From the human T2T-CHM13v2.0 reference genome, Homo sapiens, in NCBI RefSeq assembly GCF_009914755.1, contig NC_060928.1: 64,000 nucleotides of DNA. One strand, written 5' to 3'. Every line of letters starts with the position of its first letter. The stretch's first letter is position 1. The position numbers and the translations under genes were made by a program. The notes under the pieces were generated by a model. It searched no databases and was not told the origin of the DNA. It worked only from the letters and a program-made list of their open reading frames with translations. This document shows, piece by piece, positions 1 through 10,900 of the stretch.

Positions 1-78
1 AAAAATGGTATTCCTTTAAGCCACTAAGACATTGTGGTATTTTGTTATGCTGCATTACTGTAGCAAACCTAACTAATA
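1..78 (+). mobile_element. 3' end of an MLT1-type MaLR LTR, truncated by the window edge
   Basis: 'tttaagccactaagacattgtggtattttgttatgctgcatta...ctaactaata' resembles the MLT1 LTR terminus. Confidence 0.6.
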
Positions 79-1009
79 AACTTTTAAGAGTGTCCTGTCA
101 CATGCTATTTGGAATGCCATTTTATTTTATTTTCCTTGATCTTCCTATGCCATTTTAAATTAAAATACCTTCACATGCCATGTCTTTGTTACCCTGGTAG
201 TTTATCTTCTATGTGCATACCTTGTTTCATTGTGTTTTGCTTAACTGCACTTCGCAGATAACACATTTTTTTACAGATAGAAGGTTTGTGAGAACCCTAC
301 AATGGCCCGTAAGTGTTCAAGTGAGAGAAGAGTTACATGCCTCTCACTTTAAAACAAAAGCTAGGAATGATTAAGCTTGGTGAGGAAGATATGTCAAAAG
401 CTAAAATAGGCCAAAAGCTTGGCATTTTTTGCCAGTTAACTAGGTTGTGACCGCAAAGGAAAAGTTCTTGAAGGAAATTTAAAGTGTTACTCCAATAAAA
501 ACAAAAATGATAAGAAAGCAAGACAGCTTTGTTGTTGATATGAAGAAAGTTCATGTCATCTGAATTGAAGATCAGACCAGACTCAACATCCCTTATGCCA
601 AAGCCTAACCCAGAGCAAGGCCCTAACTGTCTTCAATTCTATGAGATCTGAGAGAGTTGAGGAAGCTGCAAAAGAAAAGTTGGAAGCTAGCAGAGATTGG
701 TTCATGGGGTTTCAGGAAAGAAAGACTCCACAACACAAAAGTGCAAAGTGAAGCAGAAAGTGCTGAAGTAGTAACGGCATCAGGTTATCCAGAAGATCTA
801 GCTAAGATCATTGATGAAGGTGGCTCCACTAAACAAGAGAATTTCCATGCAGACAAAACAGCCTTCTACTATAAGAAGTGCCATCCAGGCCTTTCACAGC
901 TAAGGAGGCAAAGCCAGTGCTTGGCTTCAAAGCTGCAAAGACAGCTTGACTCTCTCGCTAGAGACTAAAGCGTCTTGTGATTTTTAAGTTGAAGTCAATG
1001 TTTATTTAC

Positions 1010-1363
1010 TGATGTGGCTTCAGTTTGTTTTCCAACTCAAATATCATGTTGAATTGTGATCCCCAATGTTAGAGGAGGGGTCTGGTGGAAGGTGACTAGG
1101 TCCTGGGGGCTGACTGCCCCCTTGCTGTTCTTGGGCTAGTAAGAGAATTCTTAGGAGATCTGGCTGTTTAACAGTGTGTGGCACCTCCCCCTTCATCCTC
1201 TTCCTCTTGTTCCCCTTTGCCTTTTATGACTGTAAGTTTCCTGAGGCCTCCCCAGCCATGCTTCCTGTACAGCCTCAAGAACTATGAGCTAATTATACTT
1301 CTTTTCTGGATAAATTACCCATTCTCAGCTAGTTCTTTATAGCAGTGAGAGAACAGGCTGACA
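1010..1363 (+). mobile_element. MSTA-like MaLR solo LTR inserted in Tigger1
   Basis: TG...CA termini, MST motifs ('catgttgaattgtgatccccaatgtt', 'gtaagtttcctgaggcctccccagccatg') and a 5-bp TSD tttac (1005-1009) / ttcac (1364-1368). Tigger1 resumes in register after it. Confidence 0.92.
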
Positions 1364-2306
1364 TTCACCATTCTGAAAATCATAGAGCCCTTAAGAATTA
1401 TGCTAAATATACTCTGTCTGTGCTCAGTAAATTGAATAATAAACTCGGAATGACAGTGCATGTGTTTACAGCATAGTTTACTGAATATTTAAGCCCACTG
1501 TTGAGAACTGATTAGAGAAAAATATTTCTTTCAATGTATTAGTGCTCATTGACAATGTCCCTGATCACTTAAGAGCTCTGATGGAGATTGGCAAAGAGAT
1601 GAATGTTGTTTCACGACTACTAACAAAACATCTATTCTGCAGTCCCTGAATCAAGAAGTACTTTTGACTTTTAAGTCTTATTATTTAAGAAATATGTTTT
1701 ATAAGGGTATAGCTGCCATAAATAGTGATTCCTCTGATAGATCTGGACAAAGTAAGTTGAAGATCTTCTGGAAAAGATTTGCCATTCTAGTTGTCATTAA
1801 GAACATTTGTTTCATGGGATAAAGTCAAAATATCTACATTAAAGGAATTTGAGGGTAAGTTTATTCCAACCCTCATGGATGACTGAGATGTTTAAGACTT
1901 AAGAGGAGGTAGCAACTGCAGATACTGGTGGAAATAGCAAGATAACTAGAATTAGAAGTAGAACCTGAAAATGTGATTGAAATGCTGCAATCTTATGATA
2001 AAACTTTCATGGATGAGGCATTGCTCCTTATGGATGAGCAAGGAAAGTGGCTTCTTAAGATGGAATCTATTCTTGGTGAAGGTGCTGTGAATATTGTTGA
2101 AATGACAGCAAAAGATTTAGAATATTACATAAACTTAGTTGATAAAGCAGCACCAAATTTTGAGTGGATGGACTCCAAATTTGAAAGAAGTTCTACCATT
2201 GGTAGAATGCCTTCAAATAGCATCACATGATGCCAAGAAATCTTTCATGAAAGAAATAGTCGATTGATGTGGAAAACTTTATCGTTGCCTTATTTTAAGA
2301 AATTGA

Positions 2307-2423
2307 CCCCAACCTTCAGCAAACACCTCCTTAATTTGTCAGCAGCCCCAACCTTCAGCAAATGCCACCCTAATCAATCAGCAGCCCCCAACCTTCAGCA
2401 AATGCAACTCTGATCAGTCAGCA
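2307..2423 (+). repeat. Three tandem copies of a ~39-bp unit inside Tigger1
   Basis: 'ccccaaccttcagcaaa...tcagca' starts at 2307, 2346 and 2385. Confidence 0.9.
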
Positions 2424-3350
2424 CTGTCAACATTGAGGCATGAACTCTACCAGCAAAAAGATTATGACACACTGAAGGTTATTGGCATTTTTAGCAATAA
2501 AGCGTTTTTAATTATGGTATGTATTTTTTAGGCATAACGGATACTTACACTACAGTATAGTGTAAAAATAACTCTTACTTGCACTGGGAAGCCAAAAAAT
2601 TCATGTGGCTCACTTTATTCCAATATTCACTTTATTGCAGTGGGCTGGAACTGAACCTGTAATATCTCTGTAATATGCCTGTAAATCTATGTTACACTCA
2701 TCAATTGTCTTTTGCAGCCATTGTTGTCCTGGTGAGTATACAAAAGCCATATAAATATTTGGAAAATAGACATAACAATAAATGTTTATTTTGAAGAAAG
2801 GATGAAGAATGACTATGTTGAGCCTGGCTTCAGGGATCTTTCATAAAACATTGATAGATGTTTCGCCAGTAGTGCTAGAATTGAAGATTTTGCTTCAATA
2901 TTTCTGTAGAAATATTTATAAAGAAATAAATCTCATGTTTTCTTTTTTCCCTAACATCAGAAAAACATGTTATTGTAGGCTTTGAGAGTATTGACTTTCT
3001 CGTAAGGGAAATATAAACATCTCTACCACTTACCCTCAAATATGTTACCTAGAGTCTTACTCATTTTAGTTCCTAGTAAAAGGGTTCTATGTTTTGAGTA
3101 AAACATATTGAATGTCAATTATTTCCCTGTAATGATCCCAAATATCTTGAAAATGCAAGAAGTACTTTGCTTTCTGTCTGTCAGCAGCAACGCCTAGAGG
3201 GCCATATTCTGGAAGCACTGGACTTCCTGTTGAATGTATGGTGAGAATATTGACTTTTATAGAAGAATTAATGTTGATGTAACCATTTCTGGTGGACTTA
3301 TATTGTTTTCTCAGTTTCTACTGCAGGACAAACTGCTTCTCAGTTTCTAC

Positions 3351-3797
3351 TGCTTTAGAGTGACCCAGTTCTCCCTTTCTTGCTTGTAGTTCTCAAGAAC
3401 AACTGTAGAATGTGCTGTGAATGCAACATTTTCAGATAGGGGTGTGTGAGAGCTGGCTGGAACAGCCAGAGCTCTGTTCAACTCTCCACTCCCAGTAGAC
3501 AGTGTCCTTCAATGCTTTTAGCTCAGTGAGTCCTGTGACCCTGAGGTATACAACCCAGATGGGCTGCCTTTGGAAGTCCCTCATCTGCCGTGCATGTGGG
3601 CTATGCACAGTTAAGACTATCTACCCTATGCAGCTTTCTGAGTGTTTAGGGCCTGGCTCAAAGTAAATCCCAGGCTTCTATTGTTCTTTGCTGCCTATCT
3701 GAAAGTAAAAAATCCACGTCATGTAACTTGTTGAGCATGTTCTCTCTCACCAGATGTAGACAAGTTGGCGACCAATCCACAGTGAAACTGCTTCACA
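3351..3797 (+). mobile_element. ERV-L class solo LTR (LTR47-like)
   Basis: TG...CA termini ('tgctttagagtg'...'aactgcttcaca') and a 5-bp TSD tctac/cctac. Family name is recalled from the consensus and uncertain. Confidence 0.7.
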
Positions 3798-3873
3798 CCT
3801 ACCCTTCATTAAGTGTTTTAAAACCACCAAAGTTAATAATAATCTATTATAAAATCTTATTTTTTTACATGTT

Positions 3874-4245
3874 TGATATGATTTGGCTGTGTCTCCACCC
3901 AAATCTCATCTTGAATTGTACTCCCATAATTCCCACATGTTGTGGGAGGGATCTAGTGGGAGAAAATTGAATCATGGGGGTGTTTTCCAACATACTATTC
4001 TCATGGTAGTGAATATGTCTCACAAGGTCTGATGGTTGTATAAGGGGTTTCCACTTTTGCTTCTTCATCACTCTCTCTCTGCCTGCTGCCACCCATGTAA
4101 GACGGGACTTGCTCTTCTTTGCCTTTGCTATGATTGCTAGGCTTCACCAGCCAGGTGGAAGTGTAAGTCAGTTAAACCTCTGTCTTTTGTAAATTGCCCA
4201 GTCTCAGGTATGTCTTTATCAGTGGCATGAAAACAGACTAATACA
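3874..4245 (+). mobile_element. THE1A/B MaLR solo LTR
   Basis: 'tgatatgatttggctgtgtctccacccaaatctcatcttgaattgta'...'aaaacagactaataca' with a perfect TSD ATGTT (3869-3873, 4246-4250). Confidence 0.95.
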
Positions 4246-6085
4246 ATGTTCTTTCGATGGCTGTGTGATGTACTTTAAAAATCGAGTTTATTTCTTTTAT
4301 GCTAACATGTGAAAATGGTATTCAATGAGTTTTCAGTGGTTTATCCAAAAAGGAAGCAAAGTAGAAATAGAAGAGAAACACTTTATATTCTCTGGCTGTA
4401 TGATTCTATGGCCAGCATGATTTTTCCATTAAGTTCATGAAGAAAATGTCAGATGAGTAAATCAGATTACTCTTTCATGTGCCTTGTTTTTTGTAAAGTC
4501 TTTGGAAGTTTGCAGACTTTTGAAGTAATTTCCATATCACACATACAATAAATGAATATCCTGACAGAGTAACATGTGAAAAAATTGTGAACATTTTATA
4601 TTGTTGATTTAAATCATTTAATATTGTTGTATAAAAATAATTAAACAATATTTTGGTGTTAAATTCTACTGGGGAAGTTTACCTGTTTAAATGCAAATTC
4701 AGAATTTTGACACCAGGGTTGGATGAGTGACCCATACTAGTCTTCTCTGCTCTTTCTTCCTAATAGATCAATTTGAAAGAGTTTTCCAGATAAATCTCTG
4801 TTACAGAGGAAAGCTTTTACACATGGTGATGATGATACAGGTATTAATACTAAATGGCTCTGTTGTATAGTTACAAATAGAGAACAAATAATTTAAGGGG
4901 ACCATGATTTTAGTTGCACTTATTAATATTACCTTTTATTGGCCATTCAAAGACTAGTAATACATATGAATAATAAGAAGATATTCACAACATAAGTATT
5001 TTAAATTCTCTGTAGTTGTCAGGACTCTCAAGTCATTTCCATTTCAACCTATTTGTTGAATGAACTGGAACAGAAAAGACAGAAGTTGCTTTTCATAAAA
5101 TCTCTAGACTTTCCTCATTTCCATTGAACATTTATTTTAGAAAATAGACATTGGTATTCCAATTTATTGTTATTTACTGATTACGACAAATTTTTTAAAC
5201 ATGTTACATCAGTCTTATTTATAAAATAGGTTATTCAAAATGAAAACAAAATTATAATTATGAATGCAGCATTTTGCTATGAACCTTGTTTCAGTTTGAT
5301 TCATTATAACATTTTTTTTTTTCAGATTCCTTACCTAGTGGAGTATGGTTTTCTCACACATTATCTCTTCCAGTCTCATGTGGTAGGTTTGACACTCTGG
5401 ATGCCATTATTAATGTGTCAGTTACAATTAGGCTGAAAATTCTCCAGGGACAAATGGCTTCTACAAAGCAGGTGGGAAACCCCATGATAATATTTCTTGA
5501 GACAGAATTCATAGCACTCTGTATTGCAGTGCTTTGGAAAACTCCTTTATCCATGGCTAAGCAAACAGGCTGATCCTTATCTACTACAGCAGGTAGTTCT
5601 ACTTTAAATTGTCAAAGAATGCAAATGTCCAATAAACTTATTCCTTTTAGGGTTATGTACTTGTGTGTTAGCCTGTATATGTGCACATGTATATGTATGT
5701 GAATACATTGCACATGAATAATATCTTTATTTTAGATCTATCACTTAAAAATAATGATGTAAACACCCAAACTAGCTTGACAAATGGACAAGTATTGATC
5801 TCACTGCAACTTCTCTCCATCACTTCATTCTGTAGAGCACTCAAGAACAGAATAGCAGCACCTTTTGCATCCAGATTTTAAGGAAGAAAGACTGCCACTA
5901 TAGCATAGCTGATACTTGTAGCTTCCACTTCGGAAGAAAAAGAAAAGAAAAAGAGAGACAGACATGTACAGAAAAATAAGAGGCAGTCACATGTTAGGTC
6001 AGAGAAGGAATCAGGGAAGAGAATGGCAAAGGAATGAGAATAAAGTATCAAAGGGTAAAGTAAACAACACTGTTGTCAAATCAGG

Positions 6086-6101
6086 CTCGCTCTCTCTCTC
6101 A

Positions 6102-6158
<57 letters not shown>
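6086..6158. repeat. Compound (CT)n(GT)n microsatellite
   Basis: Directly visible: a CT run abutting (TG)19. Confidence 0.98.
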
Positions 6159-6161
<3 letters not shown>

Positions 6162-6950
6162 TCTGGTGTGTTTGTGCTTCAGTGTTCCCATTTACCTTTC
6201 TTTCCTTATGTTCCCAGCAAGGGAAGTTATGTGCAGACAAATCTATAACAAAGTAGGATTTTCCCCCAGTTTAATCTTAATTTTATTCAAGAAACCTATT
6301 ATTAATTGAAATAGAATAGTTGTACATATAATGATCAAATTGGGGTAACTGGGATATCCATCACCTCAAACATTTTTAGATACTGCATTAAATAGAGGTT
6401 GGGCCTGGATGGGACTGTTAACAGCTCTGACCTCCTCACTCCACTCCAAGTACAAAAGATGCTTTGGTAAAAGTTGGTTTGAAAAATATTTCCAGAAGGT
6501 TTAGGAGAGACTTCTTCAAATACAGAGTGTCCAGCTATGTGGATTATACACTTGTTAATTGCCTTATTTAACGTTTTCTTCCATGTGGTCACCTGCAGAT
6601 AATCTAGTAGATGGAGAATGAGTTGTCTTTAGCTTTTCTCTCAAAAGACAGATTTTAGGTATGCTTACAATATGAAGACAGGAGGCGAAAGAAAGAAGGA
6701 AGAACTAGAATGATACCTTTAAGGGGAGGTAAGAAGCCTATAACAAAATGTAGCCTAGTCATTTTCAGGTCCAATGAATAAAAGCCTCAATTTCTCCCCC
6801 CAGGTAGGAAGGCCAGCAAGAAGTGTAAGTGGAATTTTGTGCTCTACTCTGGGGCCAAGTATAAACCATGGAAAGAAGGGCAAAATCATTTCCATCATCC
6901 ACAATAGATGAGAGGGAAAATTAGTTAAAAAGATGAGAGACTTTGGATAC

Positions 6951-7010
6951 ATAGATAGATAGATAGATAGGCAGATAGATGATGGATGGGTGAATGAATG
7001 TACAGATAGA
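6951..7010. repeat. (GATA)n / (GGAT)n degenerate tetranucleotide repeat
   Basis: atagatagatagatagatag...gatggatgggtgaatgaatg. Confidence 0.85.
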
Positions 7011-8174
7011 TTAATGTAAAAATGGAAAATTATAGTTGAAATGATAGCTGAATATGTAGAGTGTAGTGATTATATTGTTCAGACACTGTGTGTATTTCTG
7101 AATGTTTGTGTGAGAGAAAAAGAATAATAGTTTAAAAAATTTAGCCGTATTTTTGCTCTAAGTGTTAGAAATTTCTCCAAGTATGTGTCACTATTAATTC
7201 CAAACACTTGCTAAGTTTTCCTTCTATTATGTATTGCAATTTTTCCCTTCCAAAAAATGCTAATCGTTGAAAGGTGATAGTATTTTACAATAGCATATTG
7301 TTAACCTCTTGCACCATGCTTTTATTTACTGCGTTGTACCACCTTATGTATTCCTTTTGTTGTGCTCATATGCTCTGATGATAAAAGCAAATAAATACAT
7401 AAAAATATAATGAGCTTCTGGTCAAAGGTGAAAAGTGCATGCTATTTTCTTCTGCCTGCCTGACATAGTGATTCTCACTATTGTATTAACTGGATCTTAT
7501 TATAATATCAGACGCTATTGTTTACATCAAAACAAAATTATATAAGACATTTAGAAATTTGGCACCTCTTTGCTCTTATTCTGTAATGTAGGATATTTTT
7601 GCTCCATAAATCTAATTCCTAACACAATCTGCAAGATGAGCAGTTTACTGATTTCAAGGGAGGCTTCTGGCAACTCCTTGTTAACTTAAAACATGACCAT
7701 TCACTTGGATATTTTCAAACACATTTTCTTTCTTTGCTATGGAGATTCTAACTGCCAACATTTTATCAACATGTTTTCAATGGGAAATTTATTTCACACT
7801 TTCTCATAAAACCTCAATAGACCACACTTCTCAAATTTGATAGGTCAGAATGTGCTGCCTGTGTACTGCTATGATAAGGGGAAAATCCCAAAATGCCGGC
7901 TTGGACTTTTCCATTCTGGTGCACTGAAGACAGCATTTTTCTCTGTTATCATGTATTAAGTATTATATATCAAACCATAGAATAAAGTTTTGCAAGGGAA
8001 TATTAACGTCAATTAGGAATCATCAGAGCTATCCTACACTTGCCATAGAAGTGTCAAATTAACTAAATACTAAATATTAAAATTATCAAACCCTACAGAA
8101 AAAGGCATTTAGTTTTCAGAAAATACTGGGATTAAAATAAAATTAACATGACATTTTGCTGCTGGATTCGTGAT

Positions 8175-8285
8175 GAGGAAGCTTGGGCTCTGGGGCAGAG
8201 TTCCGTTCCTCATTAGCGACTTTCATCAAATTACTTATTTTCTAAGTTCTGTCTCCTCCATACAAAATAGTGCTAGTGCCTCCAA
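8175..8285 (+). mobile_element. MIR SINE fragment
   Basis: 'gcttgggctctgggg...caaattacttattttctaagttctgtctcctc' resembles the MIR core. Confidence 0.5.
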
Positions 8286-8637
8286 TTCAGGTAACTTCAG
8301 ACTTGTATAAATCCAACCGGTGATATTGATTTTTTTAAAACATCAGGTGACATATACAGTTTTCATTTCACTTCGTCAGAAGAGCAGCTAAGTTGTATAT
8401 TTCATCTCATTTAAGTCTTCAAATAAACCCAAGTACTAGCTGGGAAATGACAAAATAAGGATTCAAGTTTAATTTCCTCCCTCTCGAATTTAATTTCAAC
8501 AACTAAAACAGAGAACATGTGTCTATGATTATGAGGAAGAAGAGAATTCTGGGAAAATGCCAACTGACTCTCTTCCATTCTCCACTCGAATTCACCTGTC
8601 TTTCTAAACCAAAAGAACCACACGCAGAGCTAAAGCT

Positions 8638-8765
8638 ATTTCTATATTTAAATGTACATACTTATTAAAAATAAGAGTTCATATTGCTACTTACAATTCA
8701 AATTTCTATATTTATATGTACATACTTATTAAAAATAAGAGTTCATATTACTACCTACAATTCAA
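8638..8765. repeat. 64-bp tandem duplication (2 copies, 3 mismatches)
   Basis: 'atttctatattta(a/t)atgtacatacttattaaaaataagagttcatatt(g/a)ctac(t/c)tacaattcaa' at 8638-8701 and 8702-8765. Confidence 0.97.
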
Positions 8766-9260
8766 AGCCCAAAATCTCAGATTTCTTTCTAGCCTTCACT
8801 GCTTTTCATGCTTGTATGTCACTTTTCTAACATTGGAAAACCTGGTTCACATTATCGTCAATATTTTTACTTATTCTTTCATGATTTTACTTATTTGTTT
8901 CATGTTACTCCTCTCCCAATCAAGCCAACCACTTCTATCCATGGCCTCTCCACTCCTGTCATGCTGCCTCATAGGCTATCAGATGCCTCCTTCATGGACA
9001 CCTCTCCCTCCATTCACCCTCTACTCTCTCCTAGGCCAGCAGCACTGACAAATCCCTATTGCTCGCCTCCCAGAGCCCCATTTCTTTCTTGCTAGATACC
9101 CTATTGCCTCCTCACCATCCGGTTACCTACTGCTCAGCTTCCTTGACCATCAGGAACACTGGTTCCTCTAGATGACCTTTCCCACATCCTGCCTGGCACC
9201 CTACTCTCCATCCTCACCATTCTGCCTTCTTGGTCTCTGACACATAGACCCTGCCACTGA
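8766..9260 (-). mobile_element. Old L1ME-type 3' UTR fragment (tentative)
   Basis: 'gaaaacctggttcacattatcgtcaatatttttacttatt' followed by a C-rich tract resembles antisense L1ME 3' sequence. Confidence 0.4.
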
Positions 9261-9500
9261 GGGAAGGGAAGGAAGAAATGAAGGGAAGAAAGAGAGAAGG
9301 GAGGAAGATATGAAAGATAAAAAGAAGAACGAAGAAAAGGAGAGGAAAGAGGAAGGGAAACAGGAAGGGCAAAAGAGCAGAAAGAGAAGAGCTGGAAGAG
9401 AAATTGTAAAAATAGGAAAAGACTGAAGGAAAGGAAGGAACAGAAGAGAGAAGGTAAGGTGAGACTGAAAAAACAACAAAGGAACAAAAAGAGAAAACTC
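9260..9500. repeat. Purine-rich (GA-rich) low-complexity tract
   Basis: About 240 bp of almost pure A/G; it produces the spurious F/S/L-rich ORFs at 9134-9565. Confidence 0.9.
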
Positions 9501-9813
9501 AAGATAGAGGACATGAACATGTAGGCAAAGGCTTTGCTGTCAACATAAAAATACCGTTTATTCATGAGACTATTTCAGTGATTCTCAACACATTTGGGCT
9601 ACAAAGCAACACCCTTATTTGGGCTAACAATAGTCTCAATATATTTACTTATTTGCTTATTCAGTCTCTCAACCAAGGTAGCCAATTTGCTACCTTGTTC
9701 TCTATGAATCAAGGTCAACACCTGAAAAACCATGCTTCTTCACAAACATAGTCATGTGCAAGCATGTTGTGGACTCTTCATATACACACTCACCCAGATA
9801 TAAGAAATCTTGT

Positions 9814-9973
9814 GGCTGGGCCCGGTGGCTCATGCCTCTAATCCCTGTGCTTTGGAAGACTGAGGTGGGGGGATTGCTTATGGCTAGGTTACAGTGAGCT
9901 CTGATCATGCTGCAGCACTCCAGCCTGGGTGACAAAACAAGACCTTATCTCTAAACAAACAAACAAACAAAAA
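9814..9973 (+). mobile_element. Monomeric Alu (FRAM/FAM-like or internally deleted AluJ) with (AAAC)n tail
   Basis: Left-arm-like start 'ggctgggcccggtggctcatgcc' runs directly into right-arm 3' sequence 'cagtgagct...cactccagcctgggtgaca'. Confidence 0.85.
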
Positions 9974-10039
9974 CCCAGAAAAACCCTTTGGATTACTTTT
10001 AAATAAAATATGATTCTAATATACATACAAATTTTATTT

Positions 10040-10900
10040 CTTTATTCTTAATACATTATTCTTTAATATGCTAAACATCTTTCAAAAAGGGCTTTATCAA
10101 TTCACATTTGAAAGAGGGGTATATGACAGTAACTCACATTCATAAGAGCAATAGACATGATTTCATTGTTAGCTATACTGATAAGCATAAAGTAATAGCT
10201 CTTTGTTACTCTGATTTGTGTTTCCTAATTGTGAATTTAAGCATTTAAAAACATTTTCAGCCATCTAGAATTATTCTTCAGTGAATTGTTTATTCATGTT
10301 CTTTGACTATTGGATAATTGGGTTAACATCATCTTTGCTCAATTTCTTAAGATCTCTTTATGTGTCATAGAGAGTCATCCTTTTTGTCTTACCTGAATTG
10401 CAAATCTACATTCTAAATCTATTTTATATTAATTGATTTGGTGAATGTAATAATTTGCCACAAATAGTATTTTTAAAATATTTTAAAATTATATCTTTTC
10501 TTTTTTAGACTCAGGATTTTAAAGCTTAGATTAAAAGCTCTCTTTGACCTTAAGTTGCACAGGATTTTTGTTTGTTTGTTTCTAAGTGTTTTTGTCAACA
10601 TTTAAGTATTGAACACATTTGTGATATATCTATTATATATGGTGAAAGTTAGGTAACTGGTGAATGTTTTCATTTGTTTTCCAGATAGGTAAACTGGCTG
10701 CCACAAGTATCATGAAATAATTAGCCTTCCTTTTAATAAATTGAAAAAAATCACCTTATCTTACATTAAATACGTTAATATTTTGGTACCCATTTTTGAA
10801 CAAATTCCACATTGATTTGATTAATGTAGCCTGATAATATGTTTGATACAGAGTAAATTAAGTTCCCTTCATTATTGTTCATACATTGTGGAGCTATTTG
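10040..10900 (-). mobile_element. Highly diverged L1ME ORF2 3' fragment
   Basis: 'gatttgtgtttcctaattgtgaatttaagcattt...gtgaattgtttattcatgttctttgac' is typical antisense old L1. Confidence 0.6.

Larger units (their letters stand above)
302..2480 (+). pseudogene. Disrupted Tigger1 pogo-family transposase
   Basis: ATG at 302 starts 'MARKCSSERR..LTLKQKLGMIKLGEE'. ORFs 657-968 ([33 protein letters not shown]) and 1973-2230 ([25 protein letters not shown]) are transposase fragments. Frameshifts, stops and an LTR insertion interrupt the frame. Confidence 0.9.
212..2681 (+). mobile_element. Tigger1 DNA transposon (TcMar-Tigger), near full length and decayed
   Basis: Terminal inverted repeat remnants 'tgtgcatacc' (212) and 'tatgcctg' (ending 2681), each flanked by TA (210-211, 2682-2683). 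The body matches Tigger1 ('aatggcccgtaagtgttcaagtgagagaagag', 'caccagcaaaaagattatgac'-like 3' region). Confidence 0.95.

Noticed and set aside
2307-2423. CRISPR-like repeat-spacer array
   Set aside because: Only three units, the spacers are homologous to each other, the array lies inside Tigger1 and the host is eukaryotic.
302-2480. Domesticated Tigger-derived gene (TIGD1-like)
   Set aside because: Multiple frameshifts and stops plus an LTR insertion; both terminal repeats remain, as expected for an ordinary fossil.
6078-6166. aaatcagg/aaatctgg flanking the CT/GT microsatellite as a TSD
   Set aside because: The match is short and imperfect, with no retroelement body between the copies, so it is plausibly chance.
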